Program-made: the position numbers and the translations under genes
The notes under the pieces: generated by a model
The model's input: the letters and a program-made list of their open reading frames with translations, nothing else
The model's database searches: none
What the model was told of the DNA's origin: nothing
In this document: positions 52,424-64,000 of the stretch, in pieces
Layout: each line of letters begins with the position of its first letter
How positions within the stretch are numbered: position 1 is the first letter of the stretch
DNA from: Cenococcum geophilum
Taxonomy: Eukaryota
Assembly (NCBI GenBank): GCA_050273025.1
Contig: CP158635.1
Span: 11,966,001-12,030,000, forward strand
Length of the DNA: 64,000 nt
Direction of reading: 5' to 3'

Positions 52424-55400
52424 TATTACAGCTTAAATAAATGCCTCTAAACCGAAGCTTAAACGAATGCTATATTACGAAGATACTAAGCTAAAGAGAA
52501 GGAAAAAGGGGTCGCTAGGACCAATATAAATAAATATATAGGGTAAGCCGCCAAGGCGCTAGCTTTAGGCGGGCCAATTATAGGTCGGTAGAATATAGCA
52601 GAATTTAGCAGGTAACGTGCGATAGCGCCGTTACATTACCCCCCTCTTTAAAAGAAAGCCTGCCCTTAGGCTTAGTTAGAAAAAATAGGGTAGCACTAGG
52701 CTTATAAACGTAGAATTATAAAAATATAAGATAAGGAGATAAAGGGGATATAAGTCCGTCCTAACTAAGTATAAAGGGCGATTGTGGGCTAAGTAAAAGC
52801 ACTAGGCTAGAAAGAGTAGCCATTAAAAGTCTTGGCACGGATCTGACCAATTAGACAACTTTAACCGGCGGTTAAAGTTCCTAAATATCTAAAATTTTAC
52901 AGTACTGGCAGAAAACGGCAGAATATGGCAGAATTTGGCAGATAGCTGTATTAGGGCTTTAGGGCGTTTTTGTCCCTATATTCTTCTAGTAACTTATTAT
53001 TTTTATTATACTAGCATTCTATCTATTTATCTAGGTACTTTAGGGGTCTAGGCGCATTAAGGTATTAGTTATAGAATTCTTTAAGCTTTTAGGGGCAGCC
53101 TATAAAGTTCCACGTAGGGTACTAGGTTAAGTTAGAATTATAGCCCTTCCATTAAACACGGTATTTTAGCGCTCCCCATACTATCTTACAGGCTAGTATT
53201 TTGTTAACCTCCTATTTATTGTCACCGTTTACTTAAACTAGTAGGGGAGGCTCGTTCTTTTGTCCAGGCAATAGGTTATTTATAGCTTTCCGTAACTTAT
53301 CTAGTAAGAAGATAGGGTAAACCCTAATTAAGTCTAGGAGCTTTATCTTATATAAGTTACCTATCTTCTTAAGAACCTTATACGGTCCTGCTATCTAGTA
53401 GTCTAGCTTACGGCTAGGTCATTTAGTTCTTTAATTCCTTATTATAACCTAGACCATATCGCTAAGGGTAAAATTAGGCTCTTAATAGTGTTTGTTTACC
53501 TACTATTTTATTAACCTTTAAGCTTTTTCTAGGTTCTTGCGGGCTACTATCTAGGCCTCCTCTAATTATTTAGCGTACTATTAGGCCTTAGTATAGGATA
53601 GCTTCTCTTATACAGTTTAAGGTTCTTCTAGCCTTTTCTAGTTAAAGCTTATATAGGGTAAGTATCCTATTTCTAGCTAAATTAGGGTAAACCCTGTAGA
53701 GTTATAGGGTAGGGTTGCTTACGCGTAGTTTATTAAGGGTAGTAGTTTAGACCAGTTATTCTAGAAATAGTTAATAAAGGGCCTAAGCCTCTAGTCTAGG
53801 TACTAATTTATAATCTCTATCTAACCGTCTATCTAGGGGTAATAAGCCGTAGAAAGCTTTAGCTTAATGCCTAGGATTTAGGTAAACTTATTCTAAAAGG
53901 CCGATATAAACTATAGCCTATAATTAGATATAATAGTATTTAGTAGTCTATAGATTTAATAGACGTAATAGATATATAGCTAGGCTGCCTTTTTGGCATT
54001 AATATTCTTATAACATAGAATTAAGAACGGGCGTTTACTAAAGCGGTTAACTATAACTATAACTATATCGTATCTATTACGGTCCCTAGGTAGTTTATAA
54101 AAGTCTATAAAGATATACTACTAAGGGCGCTCTAGTATTAGAAGTAGCTTAAGTAGTCCTAGGGTCTTATCCTATAGGATTATAGCTCTCTAGCAGTCTT
54201 TATAGTTCCGTATATATTAATTAATATCTATAACTATTCTTAGCTAGTAGTAGTGGCAGTTAATAATTTTATAGGTCTTATTCTTACTAGGGTATACTAT
54301 AGAGACTTAGTAATAAGCTTTACGGATTAATTTAGTCTATAGATTATTAACGTTAGGGACTATAAGCCGCTCCTAGTATAGGAGCAATCCTTCCTCCATC
54401 TTAAAATTGGGGTCTCCTTTCGCGGCTTATTCACGGAGGGCCCTTAGGGCATTAGCCGTGCGGTTTATAGTTAGGAGGCGGTTAATTAGCCCTATTAGCT
54501 TATTTAAGGACTCCTCTATTAGTGCTAGCTCGTTTTACTAAGAGTCTAGCTCCTTAAGGATCTATAGGTTAAGCTATTCTAGATAGAGAAGGGCGCGCGT
54601 CTAATATTAGGTCTTTAGCTTATCCTAGGGTCCTATATCTTATTCTCTTTAGGTTAGGGCATTAACCTTAGAGTTTTACTTACCAAAACAATATATAATT
54701 ATAAAAAAGAATTAGGAGAGTATTTTAGCCTACTAGGCTTATTACCCTATAAGCTACTTTATAGTTATAAAGTACTTTAGGGCTTTATAATCTATATATA
54801 TCTTAATCCGGGAGTTTATACCTTTAAGCTCTACGCGCTATTAGAAAAATAATTAAATAATAGCTAACATTTCTTTATTATATACTTTATAGTTACACTT
54901 AGCCAGGTTTATTATCTTTAAGAAGAAAGCTATAGGGTACTATTTACCGTTTAGATATAACTATAATAGGATTCCCGCTATAACCCTATTAGAGGCGTCT
55001 ATTTCTAGTATTAATTTAAAGTCCGGGTTATAGTAATAAAGGATTAGGGAAGAGATAAGCCAATCCTTTACCTCTTTAAAGGCCTCTATATAGCTATTAT
55101 TAAAGACAAAAGGCATATCCTTTCTAGTTAGTTATATAAGAGGTTTTACTATAATTTTATAGTTACGGATAAACCGGCGGTAGAAATTATAAAAACTAAG
55201 AAAGGACTAGATTCCTTTTACTATATAAGGGGGCTTCTAGTTACGGATTACCTCTACCTTCTTAGGGTTAACCTTAATTTCTTCTATAGTTATAATAAAC
55301 CTAAGGTATTTTATACGTTTTACTCTAAACTCATATTTCTTAATATTAACTTATAAGCCTACGTTCCGTAGCCTCTCCAGGACCTTCTTAATATAAACTT

Positions 55401-58400
55401 AATACTTAAGTTCGTCGTCTAAGTATATAAAAATGTTATTTAGGTATACCGTGTAGAATTCGTCAAGGTAATTAAAAAGAACGTTATTTATATACCTTTA
55501 GTACGTAGCCGGTCCGTTTATTAGTCTAAAAAAAAGAACTTTATATTTATAGGAACCATAGTAGGTACAGAATATTATTAAATCTTTAGATACAGGGTTT
55601 ATCCTAATTCGGTAAAAAGCTTAGTAGATATTAAGTTTAGTAAAGATCTTTACCTAGCTTAGACGTATAAGGGTCTTATTAATTAAAGGAATAGGATACC
55701 GGTCCTTTTAAGTAATAGCATTTAGCTTTTAATAGTTAATATAAAAATTAAGGCCTCTATTAGGCTTTTTTATAAATAGGATAGGGGAAGCAAAAGGGGC
55801 TTAACTTAGCTCAATAAACCCTTTATCTCGGTTATTAATTAAGTACTACTTTATTGCTTTTAGCTTATCTATTAATTAATAGTAGAGGGGGCTATAGCCT
55901 AGTAAGTTATTGGCCTCTAATTAAATCTTATAATTATATATTTGGTAGAGGGGTAACTTATCTAAGGCCGCCTTTAAGAATATATCCTTATAGCCTATAT
56001 AAATGGTAGGAAGGAGGCGTTTAACTAGTTTCTTATCGGTTTCCTTATCTAGCCTTTCCTCTCTATTATTAATAATTTGGTTAATCTTATATAGGCTTGT
56101 TATAAAGACCTTATTATCCTTCCGGTATATATTAAAGTAGAATACTATAGTACTAATTGCGGCAATATTTATAGTAGGGGGGTTAACTAATAATAGGGGC
56201 GTATATAACTTTAGGGACTTCTAGGGTACTAGCGTTATTATTACTCTTTTTAGCTCCTATTATATCTTTTAAAGGTTATCCCTTATATCCTATTAATACG
56301 TTCTTTTCTATAACGGTTAAATCTATGCGATTTAGACGTTATCTATATTATTATCTGTCCCGCTTCTATACGTAAAGTCCTTTTTAAACGTAGCGCTTTA
56401 GGAGAGTATCTTTATTAGTACGGAGTTTTTTCTAGCTTTATAGCGGGCGTCCTCTTAGGCAAAGGCTAGGTCACGGGCCCAGACATCCTACTAGTAGGTA
56501 GGGTCACCCCTTACGGCTAGTGTCTTGCGGTTAGTTCGGATCTCCCTAATAAAGGAGGGCAACCTTGGTCTATCCTCCGGCTAGATAAACCGTCTTTTTT
56601 ATACGTTTAACCAAATATTAAAATAGGATATCTATTTTCGTCCAAGGATTATATTGTGGGACCCTAGGTCTAGGATGCAAAAGGGGATACTATATTAGCG
56701 TCGTCTGTTAAAAGCGATATATAACTTTAAGACGTAGGTAACGGGCCAACCGGCTTAGCTATTATAGCCCTTTACCTAAACAGGCTTCTCTAGTTAGATA
56801 GCTTCTGCATTTAGAAACTTAGCAATATTATTCGCATAGGCAGTATTTATAAAGGCGAAGCCATTTGCTCTAGTATTAATAAGGGCGGTTATATTAACTC
56901 TATATCTATTTTAAGATACTATATATAGAACCGTAAAATGCTTTCCACCTATTAACTAACTAAGATTAATCTCTTTAAGATTAATAGGGTACCCTAGGGG
57001 GGAGTCTTTCCCTAGGGTTCTTCTTTTCCCAACTTATCGGATATTTCTCCTTCCTCTATCTCCTTAATATCGCCTATATCCTTTAGCTCCGGGTAGGATA
57101 AGGTAAAGTAACCTTACTTATTACAGTTAAAGCACGTGGCCGAGGTAGGGTTAATTAGAGTATTATAGCGAATACTAGTTAATAGCGTGGTACATAGCTA
57201 GTCGGGCAAGGCTCGCCGGTGCGTAGTTATAACCGCCTTTAGTATAAGAGTAGTTATAACTTATCTTTCTACTCTAGCTTCTATAGGTATAGCTAGTGAG
57301 TTTTAATTATTACGGAGTCGCTTCTGCTAATTAGGGTAGGCGTTAATCCGCTTTAGTTCTAAGTCTAATAATAGGTAATAAGCTATAAGTCTTTTATAGG
57401 TTGGTAGGTTATTTAAGGTTATAGCGATCTTTTTTTATAGCTGGATTGTTAGCTTATTGTATAGGTCTAATTAGTAGTTCTTAAGGGGAACCTGGCCTTT
57501 TCCTATAAGGTATAGGAATTAAGTTTAGAATTTAATAAAGGGTTAATTTGGTTTTATTATTAGGTAATTATAGTTATAATAGGCATTCTATACTTTGTTT
57601 GGGTTAATATAGATAGCCGCTAGGTGCTATATTATCTCGTTAACAGATATAAATCGGATAGGGAAGTCGTCCTTAAACTTAGCTTAAAGGTGCCGTTAGG
57701 TATCCCCAGTGGTTTAACTAAAGAGGTAGAGCATTTTAGCTTCTTTAGAAAGGAAATAGTTATAGTTAACGCGGAGCTTTCCTTATACTTAAATCCTCTA
57801 ATTTTTAAAGGTAGGGTCTATCTAGTTGGATAATAGTAGGGGGTTAGGGAGCTTAACGGACTTTAATTGCTTTATTATTATATCTATACTCCCTAGTATA
57901 TCGTATTTAGTAGAGTGAATAGGTCAGCTAGGGCTTTAAGATGGGGAAGCTAGGCTATTTTATAGGGCCGTAAGGCTTTCTAGGATCTCTTATAGGGTCT
58001 CTTATATATTTCTTACTTTAAGATAATTGGCTTTCTAGCTAGCTGCAAGGGCGCAAATCTGCTCGCGTATATCTATGATATTATTATTGTCTTTGATTTC
58101 TAATCCTAATTAGATCTTAGGTTCCTCTTAGGTAGAGGCAGCTCTCTTAAATAAGCTTACTTTAGGTGCCATCGTTAGCTTCTTAAGGTTCGTTAGTATT
58201 ATACGCTTTAGTTTTAATTCTAAGGGTATAGGTCTAGTCCTATTTAGCTTATAAGGTGGGATATTATCTAGGCCTTCCCAGGCAATGTAGAGTTGTTTTA
58301 GTGTCTAAGTATAGCGCGTTAATGCGTCGTTGCAGACGAAGTTTCTTTAGGGTGGGATATTATTAAGGCCTTCCCAGGCAAGGTAGGGAGAGCTTAGTAT

Positions 58401-58614
58401 AATATCACGGCTTAAATAAATGCCTCTAAACCGAAGCTTAAACGAATGCTGTATTACGAAGATACTAAGCTAAAGAGAAGGAAAAAGGGGTTGCTAGGAC
58501 CGATGTAAACAAATATGTAGGGTGAGCCGCTAAGGCGCTAGCTTTCGGCGGGCTAATCGCAGGTCGGCAGAATTTGGCAGAATTTGGCAGGTAACGTGCG
58601 ATAGCGCCGTTACA
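52424..58614 (-). mobile_element. Full-length Ty3/Gypsy chromovirus D, RIP-mutated
   Basis: 212-bp LTRs at 52424-52635 and 58403-58614; ATAGC TSD; PPT AGAGGGGGGTAA; gag ATG at ~58172; PR ALI(D)T(G)ANGFAFI ~56880; RT ~55800-55300; IN ~54350-53700; chromodomain ~53220-53050. Confidence 0.96.
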
Positions 58615-60092
58615 ATAGCTACTATTTTTTACCGTTTTCTAACCCATTCCTTAGGCCATACTACTATTACCTAGGGTAAAAGTAGATAGGACGTTTAGCT
58701 TACTAACCTTATCCTTATTAAACTAAAGAATAAAAGGCCTAAACTAGATAAGCTAGCGCTGTATATAACTATATTAATAATATAAGGGAAGTAAAATTAA
58801 TACGGTAAGGTTAAGTATATAGGCTATATACGCAATACTAACCCTATCCTTTACCCTCTCTCTATAATAGCCTTCTACTTCTTTAACCACTAGGGTAAGG
58901 ACGGCGCTAAGAGCTTCCTATCCTTTTAGTAGCTAGAGAACTACTACGGCCTATACGTCTTCCCTAGTAGTATTAAAATACTATAACGGCCGTTAAGCTA
59001 TTATATGCAGTTTAAATAGAATAAGAAAATATTCTAGGGGGTAGGAATTTACTTAAAGGAAAAAGCCTATAGCGCCTATAAGCAGAGCGTCTGGTATACT
59101 AAGCTTAGCGGCATTAAGGAGACCTAAATTAGATAGGCCAAACGCTAGAATATAAACGCGATAATAGGAGCCTACCTTAGCTATCTACCCTATACGTTTA
59201 TACGGTCGATTACCGGCTTTTTAAAGAAAGGAAAGGGCTACTTTCTCCCCTACGCGCAAGAGGTGCTAAAGGAGGCCCTTTACTTAAAGATATAGCCTAA
59301 AACTAACGTCTAGCTAAAACGTATAGAGACTTACTACCTAGAGAGGGCCAATAATAAGGTTATACGGCTTAACTTTATAGGCTTAGGATTTCTACGCCTC
59401 CTTTATACGCTTAGGGTAATCCTATATAAGCAGTTCCCGCTCTATCCCCTATAAAAGGACTCCCTTTTTAGCTATAAGGAGTACTAAAAGTTTACTACGT
59501 AGGTAAAAAGCTTACTAGCTAGTATAGTTACGCTAAATAAGATAATAATATGGAAATACTAGCCCGCCTATAAGGCTGTAGCTAAGCTAAGATATAAAGC
59601 CGCGATCTTAGAGATAAAGGGGGTTTAATTATATATGTAGATAATCTTAAAACGCCTTAGCGAGATAGAAAGGTTATTAGTATTATTCGCACCTATATAG
59701 ATCTAGTAAGGGAAGATAGGTATCTAAATAGGGCCTATGGAGTCTATATGTCCGTCTTTAGATAGCTCTATACCCTTACCTTTACCTATACCTATATTTA
59801 TACTTATACCTATATCCGTTCCTAAACGCGTTAATAGCTAGATTCCGTTTTTAGATAAACCCTTTCCCGTATATCGAACCCCTAAGGAGATACTAAGGGG
59901 TCCTTAACTATCTATTACTATAGAGCCTACTTAGCCGTCTACTATAACGTCTACTATACCCCCGCAGCAGCTATCGCAAGCTTTTACTATACCCCCGCCG
60001 CAGCTGCCGTAAGCTTTTACTATACCCCTACTACAGCTGCCGCAAGCTAACGCTTAATCTCTCCTATTTATCCTTAACCTATAGGCGCCGCT

Positions 60093-60285
60093 TGTGACGG
60101 CGCTGGAGCGCGTCACCTAGTTAGGGGTTCGCTTAAGACTTGGCGTATATATATAGACGTGGCCTCACTACCTTCTCTTACTCCCTAGCTTAATATCTTC
60201 GTAATACAGCATTCGTTCGCTTGATCTTGCAAGCATTCGTTCAAGTCTCTGTTAAGACATTTATTTAATAGTTTAAGCCGTTACA
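60093..60285 (+). mobile_element. Solo LTR (193 bp) related to the Gypsy D LTR, opposite orientation
   Basis: TGTGACGGC...GCCGTTACA termini; CCGCT TSD; shares TATCTTCGTAATACAGCATTCGTT with the reverse complement of 58403-58614. Confidence 0.92.
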
Positions 60286-60584
60286 CCGCTAAGGAAATAT
60301 AAGATGCTTTGGGGCGGTAATTCGGTATTCTAGCTCTAGGCTAAGTAGACTTTAGGGCTAGCAGGTAGGCCGTTAATTAAAGCTCTTAATTGCTGCTAGC
60401 GGGCGCGCTAGCGGGCTAACGGTGAAGCTATATTCTATAGCTATTGCCGTAGAATAATTAAGGATATAAGACGACGCGTAGAAAACGGTACGGCAAGAGA
60501 TAAGAGATAGGCTATTAACCAGCTAGAACAGCTACAAGGCCGGTATTCTTTAGATTAGCTTTATAAGAATATCTAAATAGTTAT

Positions 60585-61130
60585 TTTACTATAGTAACCA
60601 AAACGCCTTAATATCCCTTGCACGGATAGGGTCCTATATTTTGTGGCCCATACGCAGGGTCAAGAACATTAACTTTTTAGTGTCCAAATGTAAACAAATA
60701 ACACCACCAAGATGGTGCGTAACTATACATCCAATGATATAGACCTTGCGCAGCCCATTTAGTATCTTATTTCTAAAAATCGGGTCGTAAAAAGGCCACC
60801 GCTAGAGCCTAAACCATTACCTGCCTTTAAGCCTCTCCTTTAGTGATATAGCAGAACAACTTACCGCCCGTATATACACCTTATTAATTGGTGCGCACGG
60901 GCCACATTTTATAGGACGTATCTATCCGTGCAAGGGATATAACTGCACTAGTAACTAAGACGCCTTAATATACAACTGCACTACAGTAACCAAGACGCCT
61001 TAATATAGGACTATAGTGACCAAGACGCCTCGATATAGGACTGCAGTGACCGTAGTGCAGTCCTATATTAAGATGTCTCGGTCACTAGAGTATAGTCCTA
61101 TATTGAGGCGTCTCGGTCACTGCAGTGCAA
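60585..61130. repeat. Fold-back array of ~28-35-bp units (CTGCAGTGACCRAGACGCCTYRATAT...), direct copies followed by inverted copies
   Basis: Four direct copies at 60588-61050 and two inverted copies at ~61053-61128. Confidence 0.85.
60615..60936 (+). mobile_element. 322-bp non-autonomous piggyBac-family derivative
   Basis: 15-bp TIRs CCCTTGCACGGATAG; internal M...DIDLAQP..Y...PKPLPAFKPL is homologous to the transposase N-terminus at 61472 (DIDLVQPTQY...PWPLPKFKPL). Confidence 0.9.
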
Positions 61131-61365
61131 GTATTTTAAATTCAGAGCAACATTACGCGACCGCCCAGAAGTACCGATCAAACTTGAATTATGTACCTTT
61201 TCGCCCAAAATCGCGCGCGAGGGTACTCGGGGGCGGTCGCTGCGCGACCTCGTGCGGGGTTCGGGGGCGTTATCAGCAGGGGTGGCCCTAACCTCGTATT
61301 AACCCGGGTCGTAACCGCGCCAAATGACCCCCAGATATGTGATAGTTATGATATCCTCTCTTTAT

Positions 61366-63590
61366 CCCTTGACACGGCAGGGTCCTCAGAGGCAGTGGTC
61401 CGTGCGCGAACACCAGAATCAAAACAACGCGTATACCTATATATAATTCAATCATTAATTACACCACCACTATGCCTTCCAATCGTTCTAAAATTGACAT
61501 AGACCTTGTTCAGCCTACTCAATATAACGTTCGGCCTAATCAGAGTGCGAAAAAACCCTATCCTAAGCCCTGGCCGTTGCCCAAATTTAAACCTCTCCAT
61601 ATTAACAATTAGGACAACCATAGCTCACTAAATCTACCCCCCAATGTTAATACACACGATCCTTTTAAGTTATTCAGTCTCTTCTTTACAGATAAGATCA
61701 TAGATAAGCTTGTAGAATGGACAAATAAGCACGCAGAGCTCTACCCGCTAAATGAGGAATTGGAACACCCACGCGCATAGCAGCCTACATGCAAGCAGGA
61801 ACTCTACGCGTACTTTACAGTGCAGATTTATATAGGCATTACTATAGAATCGTGCATTAAGGACTACTGGAAGGATTTAACAACACATGGCTCTGAGCAT
61901 ATTATTAAAAAATACATAGGACTCAAGAGATTCCAACAGCTTAATTGACACTTTTAAGCCTCACCACTATGGTCAAAGTCCAATAAAACACCTAAAACTA
62001 CATTTAATAGAGTTTACGAGCTTACTAAGCACCTCCGGCTTACTTATAGGAGGCTCTACACCCCTGGAACCTACCTCGCCGTTAACAAAACGATTTAGCG
62101 CTTCATAGGTCGTGCTCCTAAGACGGTTAATATTCCATCCAAACCAACACCAAAAGGCTTTAAAATATGGATTCTGGCTAATAAGGGCTATATATTAGAC
62201 TTTATATAGCACGCTAAAGGTAATAAGAAAGGCCCAGTTAATTTAGATAAGTCTTTTCTAAAGGAAGGCTTTTTAAAGACGCAGGCAGTAGTCCTTAATT
62301 TACTTCTCCAGTTAGACACCAAAACAGAAGAACGCCTCTACCCACCTGGAAAGCACATTGTTTGGCTTGATAACCTATTTACAAGTGTTAAGCTTCTTAT
62401 ACGACTTCGAGGCCTTGGTATTGGAGGCGTAGGAACCGTCCGAACAACTAAAACGAAGTGGGAGGAGCAGGGGGACCTTGAAGGCGATATTAAGGTGGCT
62501 ACAAATGCACAAGGAAAGAAGAAGGTACCTACTAAGTAAATTAGCCGGAGGCTCGCAGAGCTTAAATTAACCCACGCTGGTCAAATTCCATGGGGTGAAC
62601 TCTATGGGAAGCTTTCTAGTGACAGCCAGGTAATGGAGTTTGCTTGGAAGGACGCTAATATAGTCCTTTTTATGAGTACTGTTGACGACGGTAAGTTCTA
62701 TACCTTAACTATAAAGCTCAAAAGCTAATAACGTCATACATCGCCAGGTCGCCACATAATTGTTACCCTACGGAAACGTCCTCCCCTTACTGCCAGTGGC
62801 GCCAGACAGACTCGGAAGGTCTTTGGCAATAAAGATAAAAAGGAATTACCTATTCCTACCTTCATTTTCTACTATAATCACTATATATATGGTGTAGATA
62901 TTGCTAATTAACTACGCGCGTATTTTACGACGCAGAGGATCAACAGGAAGACCTAGAAGCCTCTATTCCACTTCCTACTTAATATAGTAATTAGCAATTG
63001 CTATCTGCTGTCTTCCTACCCTCCTACTAATCGTTAAGTAAGCCGTACAGAGGGCCACAAACAGTTTCGAATCGACCTCCGCAACACCTTATTTAAACGC
63101 TCGATTCGCAAGCGAAAGGCCTACACACAAGAACAGCCTATTTAACGCTCTACCGACGATATTATATGGGTCCCTACAGCGCTGCATAAACTAATCAGGC
63201 TATTTCCTAAGGAGGTTCACTGCTCGGCCTGCATAGAGGCTAGCAGGCGTGCTAAGGAATCATCTATAGGGCGTCGAAAAGCTCTATCAAAGCTATCACC
63301 AAATACTACAAGGAAACCTCGTGATAGTAAGGAATGGCAGAGGCGTAAGCGTGCTCCAAGGACCCATTTTGGCTACAGTATTTGTAAAATACCGTTCTAT
63401 AGGAAGGATGACTGCTGGCTACCTTATATCGAGCGACTCAACTCCAAAGATTGAGCCTATATAGCAATTTTATATAGGACTCAATGAATATTACCAGCTT
63501 TGTATTTCTGAGCACGGGGTATCAGATTCGGCTAATCTAATTGGTGGGTTCTTATCGATAACCTGAGGACCCATTTTGCCGTGTCAAGGG
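61366..63590 (+). mobile_element. Full-length piggyBac-family DNA transposon, lightly RIPed
   Basis: 14-bp TIRs CCCTTGACACGGCA plus inner IR GGGTCCTCAG/CTGAGGACCC; transposase inside. Confidence 0.95.
61472..63454 (+). pseudogene. piggyBac transposase pseudogene with a 57-bp intron (62691-62747)
   Basis: LAV(D)(E)TI.RF.GR, P.KP...GFKIW, VWLDNLFTS, WKD...VLFMST, YN..M.GVDIA(D)QLR, C-terminal Cys-rich HCSAC...(C)SICKIPF(C); intron GTAAGT...GCTAAT...CAG; several RIP stop codons. Confidence 0.93.
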
Positions 63591-64000
63591 ATAACTTCTG
63601 CTTACCGTGCAATACTATGAGTCATCTTGAGCGATCGATAAGAGGGTGCCTTGGACAGCCTCTAGACGACCAGAAAGTTCGTGCAGTCCGCTAAGAAGCT
63701 ATTAACTTGTTCACCAGCATGTAAATAGTTCTATCCCGAGCAAGTCAATCGGATCTTGGACGTGATTGTGCTTCTGTGGTGACGCGACGCTCAGTAGCTG
63801 GAATCAACGAAAATGCAGCTCACACCCGCCGTCGCCGAAAGCAGCTTAGCGGTAATTTAATGGTAAGGAATATTGATGCCCGGGCTCTTATGCCTTGCGC
63901 GGCTAGGCCGGGCACTAAGGCGCGAATCTTGCTCTGAGCATGACTCGTATGGACACCCACTCGACTGCCGCCCATCTTCTTGCGCTGGGATGCGAGCATG

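Larger units (their letters stand above)
51630..60577 (+). pseudogene. Crypton tyrosine recombinase / GCR1_C protein pseudogene (pieces ~51630-52423, 58620-60092, 60291-60577)
   Basis: De-RIPed RPKNT.KAYEPKQ.EWEDWC, EDKL.LFL, YGKVEY.G..RN.NP.LCPL...AFYFF, KAHSAR...AEL.G...QIRRAGRWN..AM.GAYLSYLP..F.RSIAGF (~59060-59220), and C-terminal W..GLAG.PSIEAL...W.ARWR...FYSRRR.II. Confidence 0.88.
51153..60580 (+). mobile_element. CryptonF-type tyrosine-recombinase transposon (Ndc10-like YR + GCR1_C); termini uncertain
   Basis: See recombinase pseudogene; interrupted by Gypsy D and a solo LTR, both with clean TSDs. Confidence 0.8.

Noticed and set aside
1852..57833. Other short ORFs in the track (e.g. 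1852, 2172, 3146, 17316, 24759, 27179, 44774, 46167, 50456, 57624)
   Set aside because: They are off-frame or antisense readings of RIPed TE genes. ORF 8791-9000 is a true-frame Copia RT fragment and 23658-23948 is probably a LINE ORF2 fragment, so neither is an independent gene
51630..60577. Starship captain (DUF3435) recombinase
   Set aside because: The motifs and the C-terminal GCR1_C-like domain fit the CryptonF/Ndc10-like family instead
60611..60940. ATAT 4-bp TSD for the piggyBac MITE
   Set aside because: The neighbouring repeat unit implies only 2 extra bases, and the right flank is probably RIPed ATAC. Disfavoured rather than excluded
61016..61502. ORFs 61016-61291 and 61191-61502
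   Set aside because: They run across a fold-back repeat or the piggyBac terminus and contain no recognisable motif
63780..63999. 59-aa minus-strand ORF in the non-RIPed tail
   Set aside because: Short, no recognisable motif, and at the window edge, so it cannot be supported

Overview
AT-rich, gene-poor block of a filamentous ascomycete genome made almost entirely of nested transposons degraded by repeat-induced point mutation (RIP). Differences between paired LTRs and target-site duplications (TSDs) are mostly C>T/G>A, and TpA is very abundant. I found no intact protein-coding gene. Left to right: 3' part of a hAT; a Copia remnant; a full Copia; unidentified RIPed gene-like DNA; a Ty3/Gypsy chromovirus; an ankyrin-repeat (NLR-like) pseudogene split by a Tad1-like LINE; a 12-bp minisatellite split by a LINE cluster with a fold-back; a truncated Gypsy hosting a MITE, a solo LTR and an 8-kb Gypsy; a CryptonF tyrosine-recombinase element hosting another Gypsy and a solo LTR; a fold-back repeat with a piggyBac-derived MITE; a piggyBac; then the edge of non-RIPed DNA. 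Two observations stand out. The 8-kb Gypsy carries an antisense ORF with Zn2Cys6-cluster spacing. The two piggyBac-family insertions appear to duplicate only 2 bp (AT) at TATA sites instead of TTAA. Protein motifs were read by eye, often after reversing RIP changes, and internal domain coordinates are approximate.
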